The translations under genes were made by a program, and so were the position numbers. A DNA stretch of 64,000 bases. Origin: Entomortierella parvispora E1425 (Eukaryota > Fungi > Mortierellomycota). The notes beneath the pieces were generated by a model. That model did not search any database, had not been told where the DNA came from, and saw nothing but the letters and a program-made list of their open reading frames with translations. Positions 45,068 to 57,378 of this stretch are shown here, one piece after another; the stretch's first letter is position 1; every line of letters begins with the position of its first letter. The DNA lies in the NCBI GenBank assembly GCA_020891255.1, contig BQFW01000007.1:1364001-1428000 (forward strand), in the 5' to 3' direction.

Positions 45068-45922
45068 TTATTCCCACCACCACTCCTCATTTTTGATCCC
45101 TTCTCCTTCGTCCCCTTCTTCAGGAATCCTCGTACTAGCCCTAGATGAGACGAAGGATATGGCACCGCTGCTCCACCTTTGTCGGCGGGGACGTTGTTGC
45201 TCTTGATGGTAGTCTCGTGTCATTTCATTATTCCTGGAACGAGAACTGGGTGCAGATCCTGCGGAGGCAGATCGCCTGATTGTCATACCTTGATCATATC
45301 CCGCAGAGTAAGACAAAGAGGAGGCAGAGGAGGCAGAGGAGAAGGTGGAGCGCTGTCGAGGTGAGGACACAGTCGAGGACAATGGAGCTATCGGTGTACT
45401 AACGCCTGGTAGCGTGAAATTGCTCTGAGCAGTCGGCTGCTGTTGTTGAAGTCCTGCTGGACACACATGGGCTGCCGTCGGAGTCGTATTGACCTGGTAC
45501 AAGGTTCCCGCCGCCGCTGTCACAGGCGATGAGGATGAAATGGCAGTGACTGAAGAGGAGGAGGAGCCAACGGCGGGGCAGGAGGATGATGATGACGAAA
45601 AGGATGAAGAGTAGGATGGTATAAAGGTCGAGGTTGGGGAAGTTGGCGTCCTGCACATGTACGAGTGGGAAGTAACAGCTGTTGAAGAGGAGTGGTTGGA
45701 GCTACGAGAGTTGGACCTGACGTGGTACTGCTGGTGTGGATAACTGCTGAGTCGCGCTGATTCGTCTCCAGCGATGATCTTTAGGTCTCCGCCACCGTTG
45801 GTGCTGCGACCCACGAGAGTCTTGTTGGATTTTTTGTTCCTTTGGTGCTTAATCCAATTCCAGACACCGTCCTCTTTGTGTTTCCGGCCGTCAGTGCCAA
45901 AGATTTGGTCGAGAAACGACAT
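45068..45922 (-). CDS. Ser-rich low-complexity hypothetical protein
   Basis: 284-codon ATG-initiated ORF with a plausible N-terminus (MSFLDQIFG...WNWIKHQR) and a long Ser/Thr/Pro-rich body; no domain recognised. Confidence 0.55.
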   Translation of the reverse strand: MSFLDQIFGTDGRKHKEDGVWNWIKHQRNKKSNKTLVGRSTNGGGDLKIIAGDESARLSSYPHQQYHVRSNSRSSNHSSSTAVTSHSYMCRTPTSPTSTFIPSYSSSFSSSSSSCPAVGSSSSSVTAISSSSPVTAAAGTLYQVNTTPTAAHVCPAGLQQQQPTAQSNFTLPGVSTPIAPLSSTVSSPRQRSTFSSASSASSLSYSAGYDQGMTIRRSASAGSAPSSRSRNNEMTRDYHQEQQRPRRQRWSSGAISFVSSRASTRIPEEGDEGEGIKNEEWWWE

Positions 45923-47832
45923 GCTACTATGATGAGAGCTGTTGAGATGCAGGGTATTGATGAGTGCAAGTGCAGGTGTGAATATGTGCGTGAGTGTTCA
46001 GAGCAGAAAAAAAAAAGATAGAAGGAGAGATGGCAGGCATCAAGTACCTCTGGGATTGACAGACTTCCATAGTCGTGGTGTGATTATAACAGATGTGGAC
46101 TCGGAGGAAGTGGCCAGTAGCGTGCAGGTGGAGAGCGAGGGGTAAGGGATGGTTGTCGGTGGGGAAGATGGCTTCTCAGGATGGGGTCAGGCGAGGAGGA
46201 GCAGGAGGAGAGAGACTGACAGCGCACGGTGATGGCAGGAGAAGCAAAGGAGGAGAGGGGACGAAAGGGACGGCCGCGAGAGAAAAGATAAGACCAAAAG
46301 TGGAGAAAGAAAAAGAGTCGGGGAAAGTGTTTGCGTCTTTTTATTTGAGACCAACAATGGACCAGGGTACGATCATGATCCTCTCTACATCCTTTGGCGA
46401 AGCGGCAGGCAAGCCCCCTCTTCTGTCCGTCTCGATGCACACTGTCATCACCACCTTCACCGTCGGCAGCATCAGCAGCATCATTATCCATTACCTCCTA
46501 GTTTGGCCTCTCCGTGTCTCTCTCCTGTGTTTCTCCACCCTGTCTATCAAATCGACTCATGGATCCATCCCTTAGAAACCGTCAGATCGTCTATTCCCGT
46601 GGCCCACTCTTGGCTTCAACTGGGATCCCGGCAGACAGTAGTCTCTCCTTGCCCTCTCTTGCGCTGTCTCTCTCTCTCTCTCGGTCGGCTAATAAAAGGT
46701 GGCCTATCCTCTCTCAAACGCACTCACGCACTTCTCAAACCTCGGCTGTCTCCTCCGCTCAGCCCACCTGCTCCAAAAGACGATCGCAGCACCAAATTTT
46801 CAAAAAAAAATTGCTTCCCCGAAGCTCTCTCTCTCCCTCTTGCTCCCTCTTGCTCCCTCTTTCTCTTCCTGTTGTTCTCTCTCTAGAGTGCTAAAGTTGT
46901 GTGGAGTAAATAATTCTAATAATCCGATCTATTAACATGCATGCAGCTCAGAGACGATTTCATGCAAATCCTGTTCACTGTGAGGTGCCCATTTTTGGCC
47001 TCTTCCTTGGCGCACTTGTGTGCTGATGTGTCATCGGCGAGAGCGATAGAATCAAAGTCCAATACGCAGAGGGACAAATAAAAAAAAAACGGTGGGCAAA
47101 CAAACAGGGACAAACAGGAATGGAGGGAGTTTTTTTTTCATTGTACCTACATGTATCTTGAGTTCAATACACAACAGGACACGCTTGATCCTTCGTTGAG
47201 AGCCCTATCCGCAAGCACATGGGATCCACTCTTCGAGTCGGGGAGGGCACTAACGTATCACAAAAACTGGAGATCAAATCGCTCCCTCCTTCGGATTCTG
47301 CTCTGCTGCTGCTCACTGGAATGGTGACATTCGGGCCGAGAGCGAGGTGATTTTCAAAGGGTCAACGCCCTGTCTCTTTCCCTGGGATTAGAGTCGACCA
47401 AAGCACAACACCGAGTGAACAGACAAAATACAAAAAAAGCGACAGGGGTTCCATCTTTGATCGGTGGTTGTTTGTTTTGCAACCTTTCGTCGTCCTTGTT
47501 TTTAATCTTTAGTTGGGATGGGCGGGGGGCTAGACCGAAATGCCCATATGGACGTTGTGTTGTGTCACCACAGAAAGAGGATACACCCTTTTGACTGTTG
47601 ACAACAATATGTACTTCAAAGGTGACGAAGCAAGAGAGCACAAAAACGACGCGTTCCTTTTGGTCAGTCGTCCTTCCTTCCAGGTTCCATTGCCACCTAG
47701 AGGCCTCTCTTTTTGGCTGCTGTTCAGACCAACTGTGGACCGTTGTCCTTGCATGTCGGTCAATCCTCTTGTCCTTCTCTTCACTCCTCCAAACCCTCGT
47801 ATTGTCATCACAGTGCGACTGACATAAAAAAA

Positions 47833-50800
47833 ATGCTCCAGGCTCCCGCTGCATCGTCACAGCCACCCTCGCCAAGCGCCTCCTCCCCGTCAGCCTCAGT
47901 GACAGTCCCTCACAAGGTTGGTCACCATCGGCGGCCCTCAGATCTAACGTGCGCAGAGATGGACGAAGGCTTGTTGGGGGTGTTGAGCCCAGGGCCACAG
48001 TCGGCGGCGCTTAATGCCAAGACAGTCTTCCACTCTGTTAGTCCCACCAAGAAATCGGCTGTTGATCAGCACATTCTGCGCTCCTGCCAAGAGTTTAATT
48101 CACATGCCCCACAGCCACAGCCTTCGTCAAGCTCCTATTCATCTCCGTCGCAACAGCCGCTGCCCGCCCTGCACTTCTCGGGTTCTACCACATCGGGCCA
48201 TCCTTCCGGTAGATTCTTTACCCCGGGCTCCTTCTTCTCTCCTCCGTGCACTCGTATCGGCTTGGGTACCACATCGCCTGTCGGTGGCATCAGCGCTGGT
48301 TCATCACCTGCCCTGAAAAGGACTCAGCTCAGTGCAGAGTCGAATCATTCACCTCAGCATCCGCATTCAGAACGACAGCGTGCCCTTTCCCATACCAATG
48401 GGACTTTTTCCCCTCAACCTCATCATCATCAAAGCAGTGTTAGTTGTGGTCCCCGTCATGGTCATGGCAGCGCTTGCCATCATGCCGCAGCATCTGCGCC
48501 CTCCGTGTTTCGACCAATTCTATCTCTGATGGCAGCTTCAACGGCCTCTTCTACCATCAAATCAAATGCCCCTGCAGTTGTTGGTCTTCCTGCTTCCTGG
48601 AGCAACGAGGATTTGCCTTCTCCAATCTATAATCATGGCAGTAACGACAACCTGCATCGACATGGGGCAGCACCCTCTGGAGCAGTCTTTCCAAATCGAT
48701 CCGCCTCCACGTCTTCGGAATCTGTAACTGAGGTTGCCGCACTATCTGCAAATAGGAGAGGGGGTGATGACGGTGGTGGTCTCCAACCGCTTCTAGAGAT
48801 CAGAATCCAGTCTCCTGGACTGTCCTCTGTCACGGTGACAGGATCATCTTTTGTAGAAGAGGTCCTCCACCCTTTTGCAGATGCTCCACCGAAAGATATC
48901 CAATCCAACAGCAAGGTCGCTCTCCAGAAGGACAGTCATGGAAACGACACCAATGACCATGATGAGAACGACAAGTACTTGGCAACCACGCCTCTATTGG
49001 ATCTTCAAGAGCAAGGTTACGTGGTTGTCGGGAGCGTGGGTCTGAGAGACTTTGAAGAGGAGACGCCAATGCGACCGGAGCTGGTTATCGACACCACGAT
49101 CACTCACAAGAGTACCCTACCCCAAAGACAGGAGGAGTCAAAAGTCGATGGTAACATCAGCGACAATCCACTCCCTGTGAGCACAGTGGGTTTGGAATAT
49201 TCTGCAGAAGCCCCCTTGTCGGCAAGTCTTGATGAGAGATATTGGCTTCCAACCATGTCCATTGAGGACCTTGGTGCGATCCAAGAGGAGTTCGTGGAAA
49301 CTATGGTCGACTTACCAGAGGTGACGGATTTGATCGAGTCACTCCCAAAATCTGAGATCGAGCCAACAGAGGATCAAGCAGAAGACCACGACAGACAGTG
49401 TGTAGGTAAAGAGACACTTCTGTTCTCGGATCTGGTCCCCATCTCGCTGAAAGAGATGGAAGACCAATTGATGCAGGAGCAGGCGACTGACAGTGCACCC
49501 AGGACGCACTCATCCGACGACACTCAAACCGCGGAAGAGGACGATGTCTTGGTTATCCACATTGATTTCGAGCGACTGATTCGACTTTGTGCAAACTATG
49601 AGCGCGAGAAGGAAGAGTGGCGCCAGCTTTGGGTTCGAGGCGGAGGACTGGAGCTAGATCTGACCTTTGATGATGGTGAACTCGAGACCTCGAAGACTTT
49701 GGAGCAGCAACAAGCTGAAGAGGAAGAGATTCTGCGAAGCAGCTGTATCATTGACATGGAAGGTTTGCTTGGATGCTCGTGGCAGCAGTTGAAGGACCAG
49801 GAAATGGAGCAGAGGCGGCATCACGATAACCTAACTTGCACTGACGGGGAGGTCTTGCTTAAGGAAGAGCCTCTCAAGGAGGTGGAGGAGATTGTGAAGG
49901 AGGTAGAGAAAGAAGGGGAAGAGACAGAGGAAACTACCATGGATACATCACTTTTGGCGGACGACCTGCTTCTCGACCCTATGCCTCTTGCAAGACGTGT
50001 CCAGTTCGATCCTATGATTCAAGTCTTTATTATTGAAGATTCGTCCCCTCAATCCGTTACAACAGAGGAAGATGGCATCGACTGTGCCAACTTAGTCGCC
50101 TCCCCTTCCCCTGAATGGGTCGCCTTCAGAGTATTCAGGCCAGACCATTTCACAGTGTTGTCCGATCAAATCCTGCCGTCTACATCACCCAAGGTGCGTG
50201 AACAGAGTGAAGCCAAGGCAGTTGTAGCCTTAAAGGAGTCTCTGGTCCAAGAGCCTGCTCGTCATGTTTTGTCCATTGCGACGACAGCAAACTACCCGCC
50301 TTTGCCACCGTCGCCTTTGTTGGACACCAGTGAATCCCAGACCGATATCAGCAGCCCAATCAGCGCCTCAAGCGAGTCCAGTCAATCTAGCACCTCGACA
50401 GTGACTTCTCAGACCGACACAAACTACAACATGTACATCTCAGTGGAAAAGGAGGCTTTGGAGAGTGAGATCACTTCCCAAACAACCGCTGTAGCCTTCA
50501 TCGAAACATCGCTGGACGTGAGTATTCTTTGCCCTTTATCTCACAATGAGAAGGATGACACGACGCCCACTCCAACTTCACCTCGCACTTTGGAACTAAA
50601 GGCAACACGGATGCAGCTTCAGTACTGGATCGAAACAGCAGCTCGGCTTCGAGATCGGGAAGTGATCTTGACTGACAAAATCGATGAGTTGGTTCAGGAC
50701 ATGGCCAGCATGCTTGATATCTATCAAGACGCCGAGATGGGCCGACAGGCGACGGAGATGGCAGTTCAAGAACTGAAGCAGGAGCTAGCCAAGGTACAGA

Positions 50801-51624
50801 GTACCGCTGTGATAGCGTCAATGCGAAAGAAAGCCATATTGGTTTGGTTTGATGGAACAGTTCTGATTGTTTGTTGTCTTGTTATATCTGCCTTCTAGGA
50901 GCAAGAGATTGGATTTGCCTCCATTCAAGAAGCGGCACTTTCGATCCAAGAAAAGCAGGTACTGGAAATGGCACTGGCTGCAACGAGGTCTGAACTAGAA
51001 TTGCTGCGCGAGGCATGGTCGTCGCAAAAGGCATCCGTAATCGAAGAACAACAGCGCTCTGAAGGCGGCGTGGAGGAGGCAGACCACCCCGTAGGTAATC
51101 CTATCAACGATAAGGTGTTGATCGATGAATCAGGACTTGGAATGGAACTAAGGATCATGACGCCTACATTGCAAAAATCGACTGCGCCTGCGATTTTGAA
51201 GCAAGCGACTCTGGCGCTGCTTTTCATTTTTTCCACTGCCAGTCTCTTGGTTCTCCTCTGCGGACACCAGCATCAACTCTACACGATTGTCCATACCTTC
51301 CAATCGTCGATCTTGCATTGGAGCCATTTCATCACGAATTGTGTCCGACTTGAGCTACCGCAAAAGACCTGGGTCTGGCAACATCCAGACTATACCCACA
51401 GTGGGTCCCTTGACGCCACTCCAATTCTTTCATCCATGGAGGAATGGCAACACTCTTTGCTACAAAGTGACCAGGCTCAGTGGCTCTTGGAGGGAGGAAG
51501 CAACTGGGCCGAGGGACAGATCCAACATTGGACTTTGTTGTTTAATACTTTGTCAGAGCTCTGGTTGGATCTGACCCCAATAGATATTTGGAGAGGGTAC
51601 CGTCTCAGTCCACTGAGGTCCTGA
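47833..51624 (+). CDS. Large mostly disordered acidic protein with C-terminal coiled coil and one TM helix; intron 50794-50898
   Basis: About 990-codon first exon; in-frame splice AKE|EQEIG region (AAG|GTACAG...TTCTAG|GAG); coiled coil LQYWIETAARL...LELLRE; TM ATLALLFIFSTASLLVLLCG. Confidence 0.75.
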
Positions 51625-52220
51625 GCACTTTATTCTTAAAGTGCTATCCTAATAAATACGAATCGATCTCTGCGAACAAAACCTGCCCAAATATTCTCGC
51701 CGGATGATGATGAGTGGTGAGTGAGTGCAGGTACCTGCCTCTTTAGACGACCATCACTCAGCCCTCTGGACGGGATGATCGCCAAGTGAGGTTTCTGCCC
51801 TCCTTGCAAAGCTCTGTCAACCCAAAAAAAAAAAAAAAAATGTCGAAAAGCAGCTAACATCGCCCATCATCACCCGATATCCTCACGATATTGTGGCTCT
51901 CCCAGATGCGACCAGGTCCCACCAGAACAAAAAAAAAAGAAAAAGAAAAAGTAAGCGTTGTCTTGAAGAGATGATCCATCTTGCCATCACTTGAGCAGAC
52001 GAACGAGTTGAAAGAGCCACTCCCTTGGTCACAAACACAAGGTTGCCGAGCTGCCGAGGCTGTGTTTGGAAAGTTGTTCCCATGAGTTGAGCGGCGCCAA
52101 TATTTAACTGAGCTTTTCACCTCGACTTTGTCGCTTTTCCTCTCTTCGTTCTAACTTTTATTTTCGCCCTCAATCAAATCCACCTTATTGTTCCATTTCT
52201 CCCTTCCACGAACCTCAATC

Positions 52221-54230
52221 ATGGCACCTCTGCATAGGGATGTCGTATTCTCCATTCCCGAGCTGATAGCAGAAATCCTGGATTACCTCGGACCTCGATC
52301 TCTTTGTTCGTTACGTCTGATCAGTCGCAGCTTCTATCAGGCATGCATTCCCCACTTTCGCATCGCTCTTCAGTACTCTGGGCCTCTCTCATGGACTGCC
52401 GCCATTACTCCAACCGAAACTGATCAGTCGAAGCAGCACGGCATCTTTCAGCTTTTCCCTGTCAAGGCCTCGGGTCATCTCGTTAAGTCGCTCGCCCTTT
52501 CGAATTGCCACCCGCGCACCCCACAAGAAGAAATGGTTCTGAAAGAATGGTTCTCGTCCTTGGGAGGTCTTGAGTCGTTCTTCCTTCAAGAGTCTAGTCG
52601 AGGGCTCGATCCTGACACCGCAAAGACAGTGCTCCCTTGGATTCAACAATGTCCGTCCCTCAAACACTTGCGACTGCGGCTCTCGGAGATCACCAGAGAT
52701 GAGGTCTTGCAGGCCCTTCTTCTTGGACTAGGTTCTTTGACAGCAATTTCCCCAAGGCTGGAGTCACTCTCAGTCGAGATCCGACGGGGAAGACGTGGAC
52801 CTGGCGTGAACCTGCGCTGGGAGGTATTGATGGAAACATTGGCCAACCTGCCTAGACTGAGCAGTCTTTCGCTGCATGGGTTCACTGTTCTTCGCCCGGA
52901 AAAAGACATGGATGTCGAGAACCATGACCATGGAGACCCTGCGGGTGGTGCTCAGGCTGCGGCAGATGGAGAAGATGAAAATGACGCAGAGGAAGAGTTG
53001 GAGCTGTACTGCAACTTTCCAAAGATAACACAATTCCAGGCTTTCAATTGCTCCCTTCCGAAATTCAACTTGGCTCGACTTTTTCCCAATGTCAAGAGCC
53101 TCGGAGTCTTTTCTCTGGACGACAGGTTCCAAACAGGGCCTCTCTCATCCGACGCTATCTTTAATAATGATGAAAACAGTGGTCAAGGCAGCAACGGCGG
53201 CACAAGCATGGATCCGAGCTCAGCTTCTCGACCTTTGAGTCTGAACCGACTTTCCTTAGGTGCGTTAACGGCCAGCAATATGCACGCTGTCCTAGACGCC
53301 CTCAGTCCAGGCCACGGTCGAATGCGTCCCTCCCTCGGCAGTAGCGGACTGTACGTGGACGTGCGGACAGCTTTGAAAAAGACCATCAAACCTATAGCCC
53401 TGTCGATTCAAATCATGAACTGGATCGAGTTTGAGCCTTTCTCGGCCGCCCTTCAAAGCCGCGGGATTGAAGTGAGAGAGTTTACTTTTACAAAAGGTCT
53501 CAGCGCTCAAGCCTCGATGCTCTCCAAGCCCTGCTTCAAGAACCTGCAGGTCCTAGATGTGACCGATCTCGGGCTCCAGTTTGGAAATTGGTTGCTCGAG
53601 CTGCAACCACCCACAACCATCGACGCTCCAAGGGGCGGCGAATACGACGCAATGCATTCAAACGCGCTCCGTGATGGTGAAGAGGCCATGCTGGCCTCTG
53701 TTGACAGGACGTTTATCAATTCCAAGATACCTTTTGCACAGACTTTGCGGAGCTTGCACCTAGGCGCAGGGGACTTTGGAAATGGTCGGTTTGCAGAGCG
53801 TGAAAGAAACCACTATCGCTTTGTAGTTCAGGGTAGAGCTCAAGACTACAGTCAACGATCTATCACTATGGTCTTGCGGCGAATCCTGGCTTGCTTGCCC
53901 GCTCTAGAAGAGTTCTCACTCGGCACAGCACTGGAATGCTTGTCGTTGTTTGAAGGGCTGGGCCGATGTGACCCAATTGAGAGACGGGGTTTCTGGAGTG
54001 AGTGGCAAGACTTTGCAGTGGCGAAGGCGGACGTAAAGAGTCTTGAAGTCAAAGGAGGCGAAGAAACGAGTGAGAACTGGCTGAAATACGAAAGGCCATT
54101 TTTGAGGAGTCTGAGGATCTATGCAAGCGCAGACACGGCCAAGAAACACAAAGCGAATATTACGGCGTGGCAAAAGTCATTGGAGTACAGGTTCAGGTTC
54201 TTGGAAACTTTACAGATAACGTTGGATTAA
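52221..54230 (+). CDS. F-box / LRR-like protein, intronless
   Basis: F-box VFSIPELIAEILDYLGPRSLCSLRLISRSFYQAC; LxxLxL repeats (LKHLRLR, LESLSV, LSSLSL, LQVLDV, LRSLHL, LEEFSL, LRSLRI). Confidence 0.85.
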   Translation: MAPLHRDVVFSIPELIAEILDYLGPRSLCSLRLISRSFYQACIPHFRIALQYSGPLSWTAAITPTETDQSKQHGIFQLFPVKASGHLVKSLALSNCHPRTPQEEMVLKEWFSSLGGLESFFLQESSRGLDPDTAKTVLPWIQQCPSLKHLRLRLSEITRDEVLQALLLGLGSLTAISPRLESLSVEIRRGRRGPGVNLRWEVLMETLANLPRLSSLSLHGFTVLRPEKDMDVENHDHGDPAGGAQAAADGEDENDAEEELELYCNFPKITQFQAFNCSLPKFNLARLFPNVKSLGVFSLDDRFQTGPLSSDAIFNNDENSGQGSNGGTSMDPSSASRPLSLNRLSLGALTASNMHAVLDALSPGHGRMRPSLGSSGLYVDVRTALKKTIKPIALSIQIMNWIEFEPFSAALQSRGIEVREFTFTKGLSAQASMLSKPCFKNLQVLDVTDLGLQFGNWLLELQPPTTIDAPRGGEYDAMHSNALRDGEEAMLASVDRTFINSKIPFAQTLRSLHLGAGDFGNGRFAERERNHYRFVVQGRAQDYSQRSITMVLRRILACLPALEEFSLGTALECLSLFEGLGRCDPIERRGFWSEWQDFAVAKADVKSLEVKGGEETSENWLKYERPFLRSLRIYASADTAKKHKANITAWQKSLEYRFRFLETLQITLD

Positions 54231-54737
54231 TAAAGCTCGCTGACCCTGGGTCTTTTCTTCAAAGACCTCAGCATCAGTGTCTCATGGACATTGAAGACTA
54301 TCTCAATCGAATCGCTTTTGCCGGCGGTTGTGCCAGCAGAGATGTTTGGTAGGTAAAGTGCAAACAGAGGTCAGACCGGTCGTATGTTGTTTTAGTGATC
54401 CATCTCCAGAATGAGCGGAGGTGGAAAAACTACAGTAGACCATCCTCCGCGAATCTGTGCCGCAGTCAGCCTTGGACGAAAGATCAACAAAAAAAAAGGA
54501 AGCAGTCCGCACAGACGCGTTGGCTGCGGTCCAATTTCGCGTTCCCTGGCTGCGGTCCTTGATCTTCATTGCCGCCACATTCTCTGACTACCATAAAACG
54601 ACCCTGCTACCGCTCATCCCGCTCTTTGTCCCACTAGGCCTTCCTTACCTCCCTCTTAACCACCTTACCATTGTGCCCGCCCCTTTTAACGACCGTCTGA
54701 ACTCTCCCCTGCTACACCACAGTTACTTCCACCTTCC

Positions 54738-57275
54738 ATGCCCTCTTCCAGAAGACGCACTCTGGCAGATTATACCCTCGCCAGTATCCTGTTTACACAA
54801 CACCAGCCAGAGCGCGTCAACGATGCAACAGAAAGCACTGGCCAACACTTTTACAGCACGAGCTCTGACCTCGATGATTCGGAACTAGAGAATCCGGATA
54901 ATCCGTGGGACCAGGACATCATCTTCCAACCCAAGACAACAATCCAACGCTCCAAACCTAGCTCACGTCAACGCCGGCGTCAGCGGTCCTTGGCTCTCTC
55001 AAAGTCGCATTCCCTGCACCCTCGGGCCATGCCTCTCATTCCTGTGGCAGCGAAGCCGCTGATATTCCCTCTCGAAGTCTTGGAGATGGTCTGTCATTAT
55101 CTCAGTCAAGCCACGCTTCGGTCCAATGCGAGTCTTGTGTCCCGTCGATGGAACGCTGTTTGCAGCCCGTTCATCAAACGAACAGTGACCTGGACGGCCT
55201 GTTCAGATGATCACGATCAGTTTGTCCTTGATACACTTCGAGATATCAAATCGCTCGAGTGTTGGCTAAATGAAGACCCTGATTTGAAATACGAATGGCT
55301 GCCCTACATACGTTCTGCGTTCAGACGGGAGGCTTGGGAAAAGTTCTGGCCGAAGCTCCTCGTTCCAATCGACCAAGTCGACAATAGCAATATAGACAGC
55401 ACTGAGCGCAGCAGGAGTGTCGAGAACTCTGACAATCTTTGTCTGATGGATACGATTCGGAACCTGCGCGTCTTTTGCGATGTAACTGCTCAGCCTATCA
55501 CGGTCTTGAATGATCTACAGTCCAACTTCCGGTCCTTGCGCACATTGGAACTCAGGGTGAACGGAAACCCCTCCAACCGGCTTTCCATTTTCACTCTTTT
55601 GGACAACAGTCCAGAACTTCGCCAGCTCAAGATCACTGGCCCAGATCTCCGTCAATTGGAGTTGATCTCTGGAGATGCTGAGGACGATATTATTGACATT
55701 CCAGAGCCAGTGGTCGATCCCGAGACGGCCCACTTCCCTGTCAAGCCCGAAATAGTCATTCCTCCCAACAAGTCTTATCCTCAAAGGTACCGTCTTGAAG
55801 TGTTTGATGTCTTTCAGGCGAGTGCGCATCAACGAGTCCTAGAGCGACTCATCTCCACCTGTCGAGAGCTTCGAATTTTAAGGTTTCTGGAGGCCAATGC
55901 TCCGCAATGGAGAAATGGAATTGGACATGTCGCCAAAGTATTGAAGCTCCTGCGCTTATTTGAGCATGCGAAAGAATGCTGCCCAAGACTCGTGTCCATG
56001 GAGGTTTTCCCCAAAGCATTTGAGGCATCCGACCATATCTATCTCGATCAGATGGAAAAGTTCTTCCCAGATGCCACCAGGTTGACTCTCAACTGCTCCG
56101 GCTACTTGCCTACCGCGCCCAGTCTTGAAGGGAGGAGGTTGTTGTCCCAAATCACCTTTCTGGAGATAAGAAAAGTGATCATGATATCGCCTTCGTCGGC
56201 CACATTTAATCGGATCTTGTGCTTGACTCCTCAACTCTTGCATCTGGTCTGCAACGAACTGCTACTTCACAGTGAGAACCTGAACTTTCTTCCACTGGTC
56301 GCGGAGGATCAAAAGCGGCCTCAGTTCATTTCGCACAACCGGACACGCAAGCATGCTGTGCGTGAAGAGCGCCGGGCTCGTCGAAGGGAGTCTCTGATGG
56401 CTATCGAACAGGCTTCAGAGAGGGCACGTCTTGCACGGGAGGGCGTGGTCAGCGCCACTCTTCCGGAAGTACCTCTTTACTGGCAATTCCACGATCTTCG
56501 GACTATGGATCTTTCTGTGACATCCATCTTGAAGCTGGGGGAGTACGCACAACAGCATCAACTCTTTCAGAAATTGACCTCTCTCAAACTTCGGGTCACA
56601 TTACTGATGGTGGGACAACTCCGGAAAGCTCCAGATTGTAAAAAGTTGCCTAGTGGTTTCAAGTCCAAGGCCAAAGGTGTCGGTCAGAATGGTGGTAATG
56701 TTCCAGCAGAGACATCAAGTTCGACAACAGCAACTCGAACAGCGTCCCAATTTGGATCTTTGCCCGATGAAGTGATCCCAGAGCGACACACGGACCATCT
56801 GAAGACTCTTCACAACCTACCTTCGCTTGAGCTATTGGTCATCTACACGCAGCAAATACAAGGCATGGTGCATTCCTCCGACTTTGAGTTCTTGCGTCGC
56901 GTCCCGCCTTCTGCGGTGCCGGTTGTCTCGCCGCCTTTGAACGGGTCCTTTTCGTCTTCCTCTTCCTCGTCCGCGTCGCCAGCGTCGTCTACACCTACGG
57001 AAGGTGTTTGGCCAGAGGACATGGTAACTTTCAGTCCAGCAGAGGCTAGAGTCACAGAGCCTGAGCCTGCAAAGATAGGTCACCAGAAGGGCGATGAGGA
57101 GGGTCAAGACCGGCAACAGACTTGTTGGCCCCGACTGCAAATGTTCAAGATTCGATACGCTCAATCCATCCTGCCGACGGACTATTCCAAGGTAGTTGCC
57201 GGCATGGAGCAGATTCGACCTGGAGTCGAATTCCAAATCAAATTACTATTGTATAGCTCTATGAACTTCAACTAG
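54738..57275 (+). CDS. F-box / LRR-like protein, intronless
   Basis: F-box FPLEVLEMVCHYLSQATLRSNASLVSRRWNAVC; LxxLxL repeats (LRTLEL, LRQLKI, LRILRF, LTSLKL, LELLVI) and C-terminal WPRLQMFKI. Confidence 0.85.
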   Translation: MPSSRRRTLADYTLASILFTQHQPERVNDATESTGQHFYSTSSDLDDSELENPDNPWDQDIIFQPKTTIQRSKPSSRQRRRQRSLALSKSHSLHPRAMPLIPVAAKPLIFPLEVLEMVCHYLSQATLRSNASLVSRRWNAVCSPFIKRTVTWTACSDDHDQFVLDTLRDIKSLECWLNEDPDLKYEWLPYIRSAFRREAWEKFWPKLLVPIDQVDNSNIDSTERSRSVENSDNLCLMDTIRNLRVFCDVTAQPITVLNDLQSNFRSLRTLELRVNGNPSNRLSIFTLLDNSPELRQLKITGPDLRQLELISGDAEDDIIDIPEPVVDPETAHFPVKPEIVIPPNKSYPQRYRLEVFDVFQASAHQRVLERLISTCRELRILRFLEANAPQWRNGIGHVAKVLKLLRLFEHAKECCPRLVSMEVFPKAFEASDHIYLDQMEKFFPDATRLTLNCSGYLPTAPSLEGRRLLSQITFLEIRKVIMISPSSATFNRILCLTPQLLHLVCNELLLHSENLNFLPLVAEDQKRPQFISHNRTRKHAVREERRARRRESLMAIEQASERARLAREGVVSATLPEVPLYWQFHDLRTMDLSVTSILKLGEYAQQHQLFQKLTSLKLRVTLLMVGQLRKAPDCKKLPSGFKSKAKGVGQNGGNVPAETSSSTTATRTASQFGSLPDEVIPERHTDHLKTLHNLPSLELLVIYTQQIQGMVHSSDFEFLRRVPPSAVPVVSPPLNGSFSSSSSSSASPASSTPTEGVWPEDMVTFSPAEARVTEPEPAKIGHQKGDEEGQDRQQTCWPRLQMFKIRYAQSILPTDYSKVVAGMEQIRPGVEFQIKLLLYSSMNFN

Positions 57276-57378
57276 ACGGTATAATTGAAAAAGATCAACA
57301 ATAAAACGATTGAGCAGAGGCCATGCTGACCATGCGTACCAAAAAAATAAAAATAAAATAGATGAAATTGGTGGCGTA

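Noticed and set aside
45942-47830. Multiple 60-210 aa ORFs in the divergent intergenic region
   Set aside because: Low-complexity CT/GA-rich promoter and UTR sequence with no coding features
51200-51624. KASH-domain nuclear-envelope protein
   Set aside because: Post-TM tail is about 95 aa and lacks the short PPPx-type terminus
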